This document shows, piece after piece, positions 1 to 13,091 of a DNA stretch of 64,000 nucleotides; position 1 is the first letter of the stretch, and each line of letters opens with the position of its first letter. The DNA is from Octopus bimaculoides. Taxonomy: Eukaryota. The notes below the pieces were generated by a model. The model was not told the DNA's origin. It worked only from the letters and a program-made list of their open reading frames with translations, and did not search any database. A program made the position numbers and the translations under genes. The stretch is taken from contig NC_068993.1 of the NCBI RefSeq assembly GCF_001194135.2, positions 44,940,985 through 45,004,984 of the forward strand, given 5' to 3'.

Positions 1-339
1 CACCATTGCTTCCAACCCTAACACTATCACTTAGAACAAGAATGGCTGGCTGCCAATAATGGCACCATGATTAGCAACAACAGTATCTAGCTATCAACAG
101 TAACTTCAACGTCAGTGACAATATCGTCACTAGAACTAAATAAAGCATACAGCTGTCTCTAGATTGTTCCATAATGATTGATTAGTTTCTCTTGTTTTGC
201 CATACACCTGCTGAATGTGAGTTTCATTGAGTCCACTCAGCATCAATACCTATAGAGTCACTCATCAACAGAACCAACACAGTTGCTGATACCATCAACA
301 CTGCCACCAATACTATCACCAACACCTATTGCCGCCACC

Positions 340-370
<31 letters not shown>

Positions 371-375
371 CTCAG

Positions 376-540
376 TAACACTCCACCACTCACCTAACAC
401 TCCACCACTCACCTAACACTCCACCACTTACCTAACACTCCACCACTCACTAACGTTACACCCACCACCATCATCACCGTCACCACCCACTGATAACACC
501 ACCATCTCCCGTCACCACCCACTGATAACACCACCATCTC
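376..540. repeat. Minisatellites: 19-bp unit x4 (376-454) and 32-bp unit x2 (477-540)
   Basis: TAACACTCCACCACTCACC repeats; CCGTCACCACCCACTGATAACACCACCATCTC duplicated exactly. Confidence 0.9.
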
Positions 541-2676
541 CCATCACCAACACCAAGACCCACTCCCACCTCCATTATCACCACCTACACAACAGCTTAA
601 CTAACAAGTCAACCTGAAAGGCATCTGGTTACTCGACCAGTTAGAAATGGCAGCCAAATTACTATCTCCATGTATATCCTGTAGTTAATAAAGACATCTA
701 TCTTTTGCCCCTTCATGTGCATTGATCTTTAAAATTACCCTCTTATGTATCCTATAATTAGTTGAAGCACTGATTTATTTCCTCTCTTTCATTTCCTTAT
801 ATGGCAACATTGTTGATGAAATCAAAACAGTGTTTGTCTGTCCGTTCGTCTGTCCCTCTGTCTATCTGTTTGATATGTCTACATACATCTGTGATTGCCT
901 ATCTCTCTATCCTGTCTGTCTGTCCTTCCACCTGTCTTTTCATCAATCGATTCACCTGTCTGTTTCAGTGATACAATTATTGAAGAGACTTAGTAAAGGT
1001 GGTTGAGCTCCAGGTCAGTTTGATTGAGTAAGCAAATCAATGATTACAAACACTGACCCGCCACGCCCTCTCTCTCTTTCTCTCTCTCTCATCCTGACTA
1101 AATATCCTGCCTATTTAGAACTGTCCAGGACTACATATAGGACTGACTAGGACTGCATTATCTCATGTGTCCTTGATGGTGGAGTTTGGTATGAGGGAAA
1201 TTTGGCAGCTGTTTCTAATAGGTCCAGTAAACATGTAGAAGTTCCTTATTGGTTCACATGTAATAATTGTTGTTGTTGTTTGTTGGTGATATAGGATGCT
1301 GTTGGTGGTAGTGTTACTGGATTTGACGGATGGTTATGATAGTCATTGTTGATGTTATTTAACCTCAGAATAGTCCAGTGATCAAAGGCAATCCAGCCAC
1401 GACCATCCCGTCATTTTCTGTTTTTGTTTTTTCCATTTTCTTTAATCACGTTACTCATTGTATTCTTTTTCAAGACAAAATGATAACGTCTGATTTGAAG
1501 GTGACTTGGTTCTTGTTTGTAGCTGGTCAAGCAGCTGCATATAGGCTCCTTCATTAGCTGGTGGAAGTGTTGGTGGCTGTGGGTGTTAATGGTGGAGGTG
1601 TTGTTGGATGTGCTAGGTGCAGTGGTGGTGGTGGTGGTGTTTGATGAATTTTCATTGGTAAATTCTGCTTGATATGAATTGGAGCCATGGGAAGTGATAG
1701 ATTTAATATCCTTGATATGTTTATATATATATATATATGATATCCAGTATCCCAGTTTGGGATGATCATCATTTGATGTACATATTAAATTATGTTCATG
1801 AAAACCTAATCTCTTTGTCTGTCCAGACCAGTTAATGAGAATTAAGTACAAGGTTTACCATCTTAATTAAAACTAATTTTCAGCCAGAGAAATCCTCTTT
1901 AAAAATATTTACTCAGAGTTTAGTTGACATTCTTATTTGTCTAATGGTACTGCTCTATCTAATTATAATTTTATAACTCACTATATAAGTAATTAATGCT
2001 GTTATTTTGAGATTACTATTACCATCATCATCATCATCACGAAGCAACCAAATATGGTCAATTAAATTAACTCCAGTATTTCATTGACACTTTATTTTTT
2101 TGATCCCAGAAAGAAGAAAGGTAAAGTCAGCTTTGGCAGGATTAGAACTCAGAACTAAATAAAACAAGGTATTTTGTCTGGTGTCCAGTGACCTCAAAAA
2201 TAAGAATGATAATAATAATAATCCTTTCTACTATAGGCACAAGGTCTGAAATTTGTGGGAGGGGACGAGTTGTTTCACTGGTTCTTAATTTATCAACCCC
2301 GAAAGTATGAAAGGCAAAGTTGACCTTGGTGAAATTTGAACTCTGGGCATTTTACCTGGTGTGCTAATGATTCTACCAGCCCACTGCCTTATAATAATAA
2401 TAATAATAATAACAATAAGAAGAAGAAGAAGAAGAAGAAGAAGAATAACAACAACAATAATAATCCTTTCTACTATAGGCACAAGGCCTGAAATTTTGGG
2501 GGAGAGGACTAGTCAATTATATCGACCCATGTGAACAACTGGTACTTATTTTATTGACCCTGAAAGGATGGTAGGCTAAATTGCCCTTGGTGGAATTTGA
2601 ACTCAGAATGTAAAGATAGTTAAAATGCTGCTGAGCATTTTGCCTGGTGTGTAAATGATTCTGTCAGCCCATTACC

Positions 2677-2723
<47 letters not shown>

Positions 2724-4136
2724 GGTGGTGATGATGATTATGATCATCAACATCAACATTCACCTTCCATGCTGGCATGGGCTGGATGGTTTGAAAGTAG
2801 CTGGCATGTCAGAAGGCTGCACCATGCTCTATTGTCTGGTTTGGCATGGTTCCTATAGTTGGATGCCCTACCTAATGCCAACCACTTTTCACAGTATACT
2901 GGGTGCTTTTTACATGACTCCAATAGCAGTGAGGTCACCAGTGAGGTTAGAGTATGAATAGAGCGATAAAAATAGGTGTCTTACAGTAATAGAGATACAC
3001 GGCCACCTCAGTAAGAGAGGGAAAGAAAAGAGAGAGAGAGGGGAGAGGAGATGGTGAAGATGTGATGGTTGGTGGTGGGGCACACTCAAGTTACTGAGAG
3101 GTGTGTATAAGTGGAATCAAAGACAGGACAGGGTGGTGGCAGCAGTTTCTACTATAGGTCCCGAGACCTGAAATCTTGTGAAGAACGGACTTGACTGATA
3201 CTTCATTTTATTAACCCCGAAAGTCGATCTCAGTGACATAAATGGTGAAATTCAAGTGTTCTGTTCTGATTATATTTTTAAGACCTATCCTCCACAGCAG
3301 ACGTGTTAAGGCCACATTCTCTGGTGAAAAGGACTGGCCTGCAAGAATCCTGTACTGGTGCCACATAAAAAGCACTTGTGCCAGTGCCAGGTAAAAGTGC
3401 TTGCACAACCAGCACACAGCGTAAGGACATCCAGCTGTAGAAACCAAGCCAAATGAGACTGGAACCCAGTGTAGCTCTCTGGCTTGCCAGCTCTGGCAAA
3501 CCGTCCAACCCATGCCAGCATGGAAAATGGCAGTTATAGGATGCTGCTGCTGATGATGATGATGATGATGATCACCATCAGTTTCCCTTCTTTGCTATCA
3601 TCTTCCTCTTCATTTCCTTCTCTCTACCCATCGTTGCTACCACCACCCACCCTTTTCATCACCATAAACCAATTTTTTTATCACTGTCACCACTTTCTTC
3701 ACTGCCACCCTCTTCATCACCATCACCATCCTCCTCAACTCCAACGCCATCTACTTCATTGCCATCATCATGCTTTTCATTACCGTTACCATTCTCTTCA
3801 TCAGCATCACCGTTTTCTGTATCATCATCATCATCATTGCCATTTTCGTCTCCATCGCCACCTTCTTTGTCATCTCCATCTTCTTTTGTCAATCTTTTCT
3901 TCTTTGGGTTTGTCGTGTTCTTCAACATCATGAACGATGTCAAATTGTATCCATTTCACATCTCACCAAAGAATGCAGAGACCTGAAACCAGTATGTGTG
4001 TGTGTACGTGCATGTTTCACGGTGCCCTGGAATACGTTCACGATAATATTGATTTTATTTCTGCTGGTGACAGCTTTCTGAAATGCCATGTTCCGCCTCC
4101 AGGTTCTTCATCTTTCCTCCTCACTCTCTTTTCACT

Positions 4137-4194
<58 letters not shown>

Positions 4195-4489
4195 AACAGT
4201 CAAGTTCATTATTTGCTATTCAATATATTGATCACATAAGTAATAAGTATTTCAAATATAAATATTTCAAAAAATCCCTGTATTTAATTCTGTGATCTAC
4301 CTTGAAATTAATATTTCAATTTTTGATTTTTTTCCCCCCAGTAGTAGTAGTAGTAGTAGTGGTGGTGGTGGTAATGGTATTATTTGTTGTTAGGGTAGTA
4401 GTAGTAGTAATAGTAGTAGAAGTAGTTCTAATAGTTGCAGTAAGTAAAGCAATAGTAATGATTTCTTACATTACCACAAGGTTTTAAGT

Positions 4490-4522
<33 letters not shown>

Positions 4523-4639
4523 TTGATTGAAACAACCTTAATGTATGACTGGTACTTATTTGATGACCATCTCTTCAGAGATCATATAAGATATATACAG
4601 AAAAGATGAAGTATTTCAAAACTGAACTTCACGGGATGA

Positions 4640-5275
4640 AAAATGAAATACTGTTAGTCATTTAGCTAAGCACCCAACCATTCAGTATATTCTGTATTAT
4701 GGAAATTTGTAACATTAGAATAGGATGACATGTGTAAGAAAAAAAAGGGGGCAAATTTCAAGTTTCTAAGCTTGTTCTGTGGCAAAAGATATGCAGTGGT
4801 CAGAGCTGAAAGAATTGAGGAAAGACACCTTCTTCCTTGGTCAAAAACTCTCAAAGTTCTACTTGGAAAGAAAAGCGAAGGTAGAGAGGGAAGTGCTTTT
4901 TCTCTCAGTGGATTTGTCAAAAAGTAGGTGACTGTTGTAAAAATGGTTAGTGGGGAAAGAACCTACTCTAAGCATGTACCAGCAGATTGAAGAACAACAG
5001 CTAGGTGAGAGCTTGTGCCCCTTAGTGGTCAGGGTGATCCTGGATCTGTGGGGTTCTTTGATTGGTCCTAGTTGGAGTTCTCTGTATCAGGAAGACTGCA
5101 TCATAGATGCATTCACATATTTTGTATGCTACATATATTTTTTTTTTCATGCCACCCTCTTCTCTGTTTTTTTTTCCATTTTGTGTTACTCCCCACAAAT
5201 CGTGAAGTGTTCTTGTAATTTCCTCCTTATCTGATACCCATGTGGCGAATAAAAGAAATCATCATCATCATCATT
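4640..5275 (+). mobile_element. L1/Tx1-like LINE 3' end relic (ORF2 tail + 3' UTR)
   Basis: WSELKELRKDTFFLGQKLSKFYLERKAKVEREVL resembles Tx1-type ORF2 C-termini; ends CCCATGTGGCGAATAAAAGAAATCATCATC (polyA signal + CAT tail). Confidence 0.5.
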
Positions 5276-7114
5276 GCTATGAGCAGTGGATTGTCAGATT
5301 CATTTGTGTCAGAAGAAATGATCCGTGATAATTGCTCCTTCTCTTTACATTCCAAGTTCAAATCCTGCTGAGGTCAACTTTCATCTCTCTGGATATGGTG
5401 GGGTGTTGATGAAATAAAGTACCTGTCAAATACTGAGATGTGGTGGTGGTGGAGGCAATTCTCATGACTTATCCCTGTCCCTTAATTGCTGCTTTTGTGT
5501 CTAAACTGGAAACATTTATTTATTGCTTGGGTGGTGGAAGAGCAGAAATGGCTTAACATTGCTGGCTTTACACTGCGTAATATCTAGTTACATATCATGT
5601 TCTGATTTGAGATTCTACTGGTGTTAAATTTGCTTTTCATTCTCCCAGGGCTGGATAAATAAGTGTCAGTCATATGCAGGACTTACTTCAACCATCAACA
5701 TACTCTTTCTTCCAAATTTGTGTCCATGTACCAAAGTAAGAAACCATTTATAAAGAAGTGGGAAAGAAATGGTAGGATGTTAGATATAATGGTTTCAAAT
5801 TTTGGCATGAGGCTAGCAGTTTTAGGATAGAGGATAAGTTGATTACATCCACTCCAGTGCTCAACTGCTACTTATTTTATTGACCCTATAAGGATGAAAA
5901 ACAAAAAGTCAACCTTGGTAGAATTTGAACTCGGAATGCAATGAGTGAGAAGAAATGCTGCCAAGCATTTTGTTTGACGTGCTAATGATTCAGGCAGTAT
6001 TTAATTAATCCCTTTATGTTCTGAGTTTAAAATCTGTTGAGGCCAGCTTTGACTTTGATCTTTCCAAGAGTGGGATCGATAAAATAAGTACTGTTCAATT
6101 AATGAGATTGATTAAATTGACTACATCATCCTCTAAAAATGTATGATCATTGTTATTGATTGTTTTTATTGAGAGAAACAGTGGAGATCAAAGTAAAATC
6201 TGAAACAGCATTAAGTTCTCCTTCTTTATGTTAATTGCTCAACTTCTGGGGAATTTGCCCTTCAAGGCTAAATAAAATAAGTTGCCAGGTGCATAGCAGC
6301 TAAAACTCTCCCTCATTAAAATGAAGGATTACATTGGATTGTATAGTGTTAGGTACATTATGTGTCAATGAAAGATGTTTAGGCTATGGCTTAAAGGGCC
6401 AATAATCTTAGGTCTGCTTGATAAGACTTTATCCAAAGTGAAACAGTAAAAACAACATAAAATTAATTATGATTATATGCCTCTCTTTCCCTACAAACTT
6501 ATGGTCATGTCCTTAATATGATTAATGTATTGTTATTGATCTTTTAAATGGTAATGCCATTTTTTTAATTGTTGTTGTTACATTTGCATGAATATTGCCA
6601 GTGTTACTCTTCGTTTTATTGATCTCTCTTTCTCTATGTGTTTTTTTTGTTAACTGAATAATTGTCCATTATATCATTACTAATAGTTTCAGCATGATTT
6701 GCTTGGGTTACAAGTTCATAGTTTACAAGGAACATTTATTTAAAAAAGGAGATCACTCTAACTTTAATTGCTTCTTATTTAGGCAAAAAGCCAACAATTT
6801 TGAAGGGAGAGGGAAAATTGATAACATCAGCCCTTGCACTTGCTCAATAACTTTATCAACTCCAAATGATGAAAGGCAAAATTCACCTCAGCAAGATGTG
6901 AACGCAGAATGTAAAGGGGTGAACAAATAATACAGGGCATTTTTTCCAATGTTCTAATGATTCTTTTGGCTTGCCACCCTTCTAACTTTATTAATAAAAT
7001 ATAAAACACAAAATATTATTTAAACATGAAAGAAATTAAAAATTTAAACTGCAAGAAAAAAAGGAAACAAATATGTCTAATTGGGATTTCATTTTCACTT
7101 TATAAGAATAACCT

Positions 7115-7342
7115 TTAATTGGTTTTACTATTTAAATCAGCCATATCCAGCCCAAATATTCACCTGTTTTATATTTGAAATGGCCAGATTTGACCACTCG
7201 TACCTAACCTACAATGTTGTTCTAAAAATAAAGTCACATTATCGAAATCTCAAAGTTACAAGATATTAATATAATTAATTCAAAACAATATGAATAAATA
7301 AGCATTACATTTGACAGAGTAATCTGAATGCTAAATGGTTAA
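7115..7342 (-). mobile_element. TTAA-flanked MITE, older copy (others at about 11619-11845 + and 59041-59215 -, partial)
   Basis: Same internal sequence as 39042-39266; ends AATGCTAAATGG|TTAA. Confidence 0.7.
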
Positions 7343-7534
7343 GGTTTACATGTCAACACTTAAGTAAAGAAACAAGGTCATTTTAATTCTGTTACTTGCC
7401 ATGCATCGAATAGGATATTAATAGAAAATAAAGAATTAAAATGAAAAGCAACTGCTTATTATTCTACTAATATTTCATGTGACCATTCTTGGTATATCAC
7501 TAAGAATCGTGGGCTTTATCAAAATGATAAAGAG

Positions 7535-7723
7535 TACTGTATTTGATGGCATACAAGATGTACCCCAAATTCAGGTGTGCATATTCTACAGGAAAATAAG
7601 TTTTTAATGCACTAAAGCATGTAATATGGGGTCACCTTTGCATATAGGACCTTGAGTGATTTTTTTGGGGAAACTTTTTTTTTTTGGTGATAGGATGTGT
7701 CTCATATACCATCAAATATGCTA
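7535..7723. mobile_element. TA-flanked Tc1/pogo-type MITE
   Basis: Left TACTGTATTTGATGGCATACAAGATGTACC vs reverse complement of the right end TAGCATATTTGATGGTATATGAGACACATCC; about 190 bp. Confidence 0.7.
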
Positions 7724-9001
7724 TAATATTATTCTTGAAAAACCCCATATGTGTTGATAGTTTTGTCTCTAATTTTCATCGTTATGTTTCAAATGCATAA
7801 ACAAATTTCTTATGATGAAGTCATCTTTTAAACTGACACAGTCATGCCTATATGATAAGGGTTATTAATATGTGACAGTAAAGGGGGTAAGCTGGCAGAA
7901 TCATTAGCATGCTGGGCAAAATTCCGAGCAACATATAACCCATCTTTACATTTTGAGTTCAAATTCTAACAAGGTCACCTTTGCTTTTCATTCTTTTGGG
8001 GTTGATAAGATAAATACCAATTGAGTACTGGAGTCATTTTAATCAACTTAGCCCTTCCCTCGAAATTGCTGGCCTTGTGCCAAAATTTGAAACCAGTATA
8101 TGTGACAGTAGCTCCCATACACAACTGATACTATCCTAACAGCTTCCATTGACTAGATACACTCATCCCCTTGACAATTACTTTTCCATGCTCTTTTTTT
8201 TTTGTTTTTGTTTTTTTGGTGTGTGTGTTCAGATGATTTAGACTTTACATTATTTTCTTATTGTTGAAGATTGTATAATAGTATTGGTTAGATTCCTTAA
8301 TGTTCATTGAGTCGTTTATTTCATGCGAATGTGTATCACAGATTTTTATTATATTTATATTTGAGGAAGAAATGGGTTCTTAAAAAATGGTTGAAGGTTT
8401 TTTTGTCTGCGTGTGTACATAAATTAATAGAAAATGGTTGGTTACGCCATAAGGTCCTTTTACTATGGTTTACCCTATTAGTTTGTGTGAGATTGTAGTT
8501 TTACGGTTTCTTCACAAAATCTCTAGATTTCTGTGCATTACTGTAGATATTCACTACTCTGTAATATAAAGAATTTTATACAAGTTGATTCAGTAGTCTC
8601 TTGAGCATTTAAATAATGTATAAAATTTATATTTTGTATTTTGTTACAAATTACAGTTTTGTTTCTCTATATTTTTAATACTATATTTACTGTTTTCTTG
8701 TGAACACTATTTGATCTTTTATATACATATTGTCTAGACATCACATGATGGTTGTAAATAAGCATCATTGTATGATAAATAGAAGTGAGGTTTCTGTGAA
8801 AGTCATGTCAAGCTATCTAGCTACGGGAAAATATTACCTTGCTTGGAAACAGGTGAGTGTTGTTGACAGAAAGGGCATCCAGACATACAAAACCTGCCTA
8901 AACAAATGCCATCTGACCCATGCTAGCATTAGAAAAATGGATGTTAAAAATGATGATGAACACACACACATATATATATTTAAAAAGATATTCACAAAAT
9001 C

Positions 9002-9036
<35 letters not shown>

Positions 9037-9147
9037 GTATATATATATTTATGTATATCCATATCGAAATTTAGGGAATGGAGCAGGTAAAATCCAGGCT
9101 TACTAACTTCGTACACCTGAATCCTTGGATCTTACCTTTACAATATA

Positions 9148-9203
<56 letters not shown>

Positions 9204-10429
9204 GGGAAAGAGATGGGCATGGCTGTCTGGTCTGGAAATTCATTTTGCAAGCACATGGGTTTGATTCCACTCTGTAGCATCTTGGGCAAGCTTCTTCTGC
9301 TATAACCTTAGGTTCGTCAAAACTTCTAAGTGAAGTTTGGTAAATGGAAACTATACAGAAGCCCATTGTGTGTGCATATGTACACATGTGCATCCATGAC
9401 ACCACATGGGCTGCTGTGATGTTTATGCTCTCTCCAGCAACTTTGCAATTTAAAGTGTAAAACTCTAGAATAAACTATTTCCTTAAAAGCAAATAACAGT
9501 TGGCATCAGAAAGGATCTCCAGCTTTTATTTATTACTTCAAAAAGTCTTGTTCAACCCATGCCAGCATGGAAAAGCAGTAGTAAAGACAGTGGTGGTGGC
9601 AGTGGTGGCGGTGATGATGATGATGATGACGACGATGATGAGGGTGGTTGTTGTGATTGTATACACATTTGTAAGGGAATCTGTGTGTATGAATTAAATA
9701 TATGTGTTCAAGTAACCATAGTAACTGTTGAAACTGGTACCAAATGCGCAGTAATTGCATTTCAAATGAAAACCAGAGTAAATTCTAAGTACTTTCTTGT
9801 TATAATGTTTATTTAAGTTGGTGCTGATTGAATTATATAAGATAGACTGAAATACCTCTTTTGAAATATATAATTCAATTTCTTCTTGTCTTTTCCCCCT
9901 TCTCCTTGCCAGCTTTTTCTTCTTTTCTCTTCCTCATCATTGAAAGATATAAACCACTCTCTTGTTGTTGTTGCTGCAGCTGCTCCTCTTCTTCTTCTTC
10001 TTCTTCTTCTTCTTCTTCTTCTTCTTCTATTTGCCATCTTTTAAAAGCTAACAGTAGCTCATTAAATATTCTCTGAGTCTTTCTTTCTCTCTCTCTCTCA
10101 CACACATATGTGTATATCTTTCAATTTTTTAGTTTGTTTGAGCCATTATGACCAAGGCCATGCTAGAGCACACTCACACATACAATTAGATACATATCCT
10201 TCAGCATGTGTGTCTGTGTGTGCATGCGTGTTTGTACATGCGTACATAGGAGACAAAGAAGCCTGTCAAATTTACCTATTTCTCTGTCAATTGAAGAAAA
10301 AAATTTAATTATAAATAATGGAAAGCCTTAGAATTATGTCCATCACTTGACCAATCCCAGAGAAAGAAGTAACCATTCTCTTGTTTGTGTACACAACAAA
10401 TCTAATAGCTTCAGAGAACGATGTGTATT

Positions 10430-10473
<44 letters not shown>

Positions 10474-10475
<2 letters not shown>

Positions 10476-10618
10476 CAGTAATGCCTCAATATACGAGTTA
10501 ATTCATTCATGGAGAATGATCATAAAGTGAAAACTCATAAGCAGAAACTAAAACTTGTAAAAACTCATAAACCCAGGGTCTCATAAAGCAGGTCCTTGTA
10601 AAGTGGGGTATTACTGTA
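10474..10618. mobile_element. Tigger/pogo-like MITE, TA TSD
   Basis: TA|CAGTAATGCCTCAATATACGAG ... CTTGTAAAGTGGGGTATTACTG|TA; 22-bp TIRs matching at 17/22. Confidence 0.8.
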
Positions 10619-10725
10619 TGTGTGTATATGTGTATATTTATATATATATACATATGTACATGTGAGAGAGAGAGAGAGAGAGAGAGAAATAGAGAGTGTG
10701 TTCTATTCACTTCAATCTGTGCAAT

Positions 10726-11270
10726 NNNNNNNNNNNNNNNNNNNNNNNNNNNNNNNNNNNNNNNNNNNNNNNNNNNNNNNNNNNNNNNNNNNNNNNNNNN
10801 NNNNNNNNNNNNNNNNNNNNNNNNNNNNNNNNNNNNNNNNNNNNNNNNNNNNNNNNNNNNNNNNNNNNNNNNNNNNNNNNNNNNNNNNNNNNNNNNNNNN
10901 NNNNNNNNNNNNNNNNNNNNNNNNNNNNNNNNNNNNNNNNNNNNNNNNNNNNNNNNNNNNNNNNNNNNNNNNNNNNNNNNNNNNNNNNNNNNNNNNNNNN
11001 NNNNNNNNNNNNNNNNNNNNNNNNNNNNNNNNNNNNNNNNNNNNNNNNNNNNNNNNNNNNNNNNNNNNNNNNNNNNNNNNNNNNNNNNNNNNNNNNNNNN
11101 NNNNNNNNNNNNNNNNNNNNNNNNNNNNNNNNNNNNNNNNNNNNNNNNNNNNNNNNNNNNNNNNNNNNNNNNNNNNNNNNNNNNNNNNNNNNNNNNNNNN
11201 NNNNNNNNNNNNNNNNNNNNNNNNNNNNNNNNNNNNNNNNNNNNNNNNNNNNNNNNNNNNNNNNNNNNNN
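10726..11270. other. Assembly gap (N run); others at 36100-36171 and 48566-49424
   Basis: Runs of n in the sequence; they generate the poly-X ORFs. Confidence 1.
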
Positions 11271-13047
11271 TTTGAGTCTGTTAACTACAATTTCAAATAA
11301 AATTGGTTGTTTTAAAACTGTTTTTCTTCTGAGTCATTCAACCTTTATCTTACACTGTAATATTATGAACATGTACTGCGAGTGTTCAATCTTATTTAAA
11401 TCTTTTATTTTATTTTCAATCTTTTATTTTAATTTATTAAAAGAAAGTGTTTATATTAGTCGTGTTTTTTTTTTTTTACATTTTATATATATTTTTGGAT
11501 TTTTTTCCTTTTTGGGATGGTGGGGGAATGAAAGCTGTAAGAATTCTGACTGGATGAGTAAACAGCATGTTAGGTAGAGTAGTCAATCGAAAGTGTTGTC
11601 AGCTCTGTCTACCTGGCTTTAATCCTTTAGCAGTCAGGTTATCCTGTCAAGCATAATGTTTATTTATTCAAATTGGTTTAAATTAATCATGCATTATTAT
11701 CTCACTGTTTCTAGATTTCAATGATGTGATTGTATATTTTCAGAATGATATTGTATGGTAGATGTGATAGGCCAAATTTGGGTCAGTTTGAACATAAAGC
11801 ATGTTGAATATTTAGGTCAGATATGGCCAGTTTAAATGCTAGAGAATACTACGCTCAAGTTCACACACACACACACAACATGCACACACATATGATTAGG
11901 TTAATATCTGTTTTTTCCTATATTAGCATGGTCTGGATATTTATGTATGTGTGTGTGTGTTATCACATGGTAATTGTAAACAAGCATCACCAGCACACAA
12001 GTGGTGTCCTTCTTTTCCAGTCTTCCATGAAATCATGTCCGACAAGGGAAATATATTACCTTTCTTGAAGACCGATGATGGCTGGTATCCGGTATCCAGC
12101 CATAGGAAATCTACCTCAACGAATTTCGTCTAACCCATGCAAGCATGGCAAAGTGGACATTAAAATAATGATGATATAATCAATAAGTAGTTCATTAGGA
12201 AGTAGTGGCAGTGTTCAGACCCCTCCATAAACCTTGAGCAGCCAATGAGAGAAGGTCATATTCTAGTATAACTTCCTGTGGAAGGAAAGAGATATGTGGA
12301 ATGTGTTGAAAGCTATATGCAGATGTAAAGAATCAGCTGCGCTTATCTGGAAGCTAAAAGCAAAAAGGCAGTATCTTTTGTCTTTTACTTGTTTTAGTCT
12401 TTAGACAGTGGCCATGGTGGAGCATTGCCTTGAAGAATTTTAGTTGAATGAATTGACCCCAATACTTATTATTTTTTCTGTAAAGCCTGGTACTTATTCT
12501 GTTGGGTTCTTTTGCTGAACCACTAAGGTATGGGGATGTAAACACACCAACACTGGTTGTCAAACAATAGTGTAAGGTGAAGACGTACACAAAAATACAC
12601 ACACGATAGGCTTCTTTCAGTTTCCATCTATCAGATCCACTCACAAAGCTTTGGCCAGCTCAAGACTACAGCAGAAGACACTTGCCCTAGGTGTCACGCA
12701 GTAGGACTGAACCCTGGACCATGTGGTTGGGAAGCAAACTTCATACCACACAGCCACATCTGTGTTTCAATTTAAAATCCAAACATTTACTATGCTGAGA
12801 GTAATAAGGGTGCATACGTACTAATTCGACAAAGTAAATATGTCAGGGCATTTCTGTTTGGAGCACCGGTTTACCAGTTTTCTTGCCAGTGTTTACATAT
12901 CTTGTTGATTAACGTTACTGAAAGATGAGTTCATACATACACATATGTATGAACTCATGATGAGTTTCTATACAGCTTTAGTCTCCAAATTCCACTGTAA
13001 CTATATCAACTCATGCTGAGATGTGTGTTTATGTGTGTGTGTGTGCA

Positions 13048-13091
<44 letters not shown>

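Noticed and set aside
3484-4081. His-, Ser-, Asp/Gly- and Ile-rich ORFs (also 18469-18798, 36974-37317, 52596-52931)
   Set aside because: All frames of (CAT/CAC/TCT)n microsatellite tracts; no splice or homology evidence.
9078-9305. MEQVKSR... ORF as the missing first exon (ATGGAGCAG|GTAAAA)
   Set aside because: Does not match the expected roughly 8-residue N-terminus, runs into a dispersed repeat motif and (AC)n; no support for use of the donor.
10620-11577. Long ORFs of 217-293 aa (also 48520-49436)
   Set aside because: Composed of X from assembly gaps.
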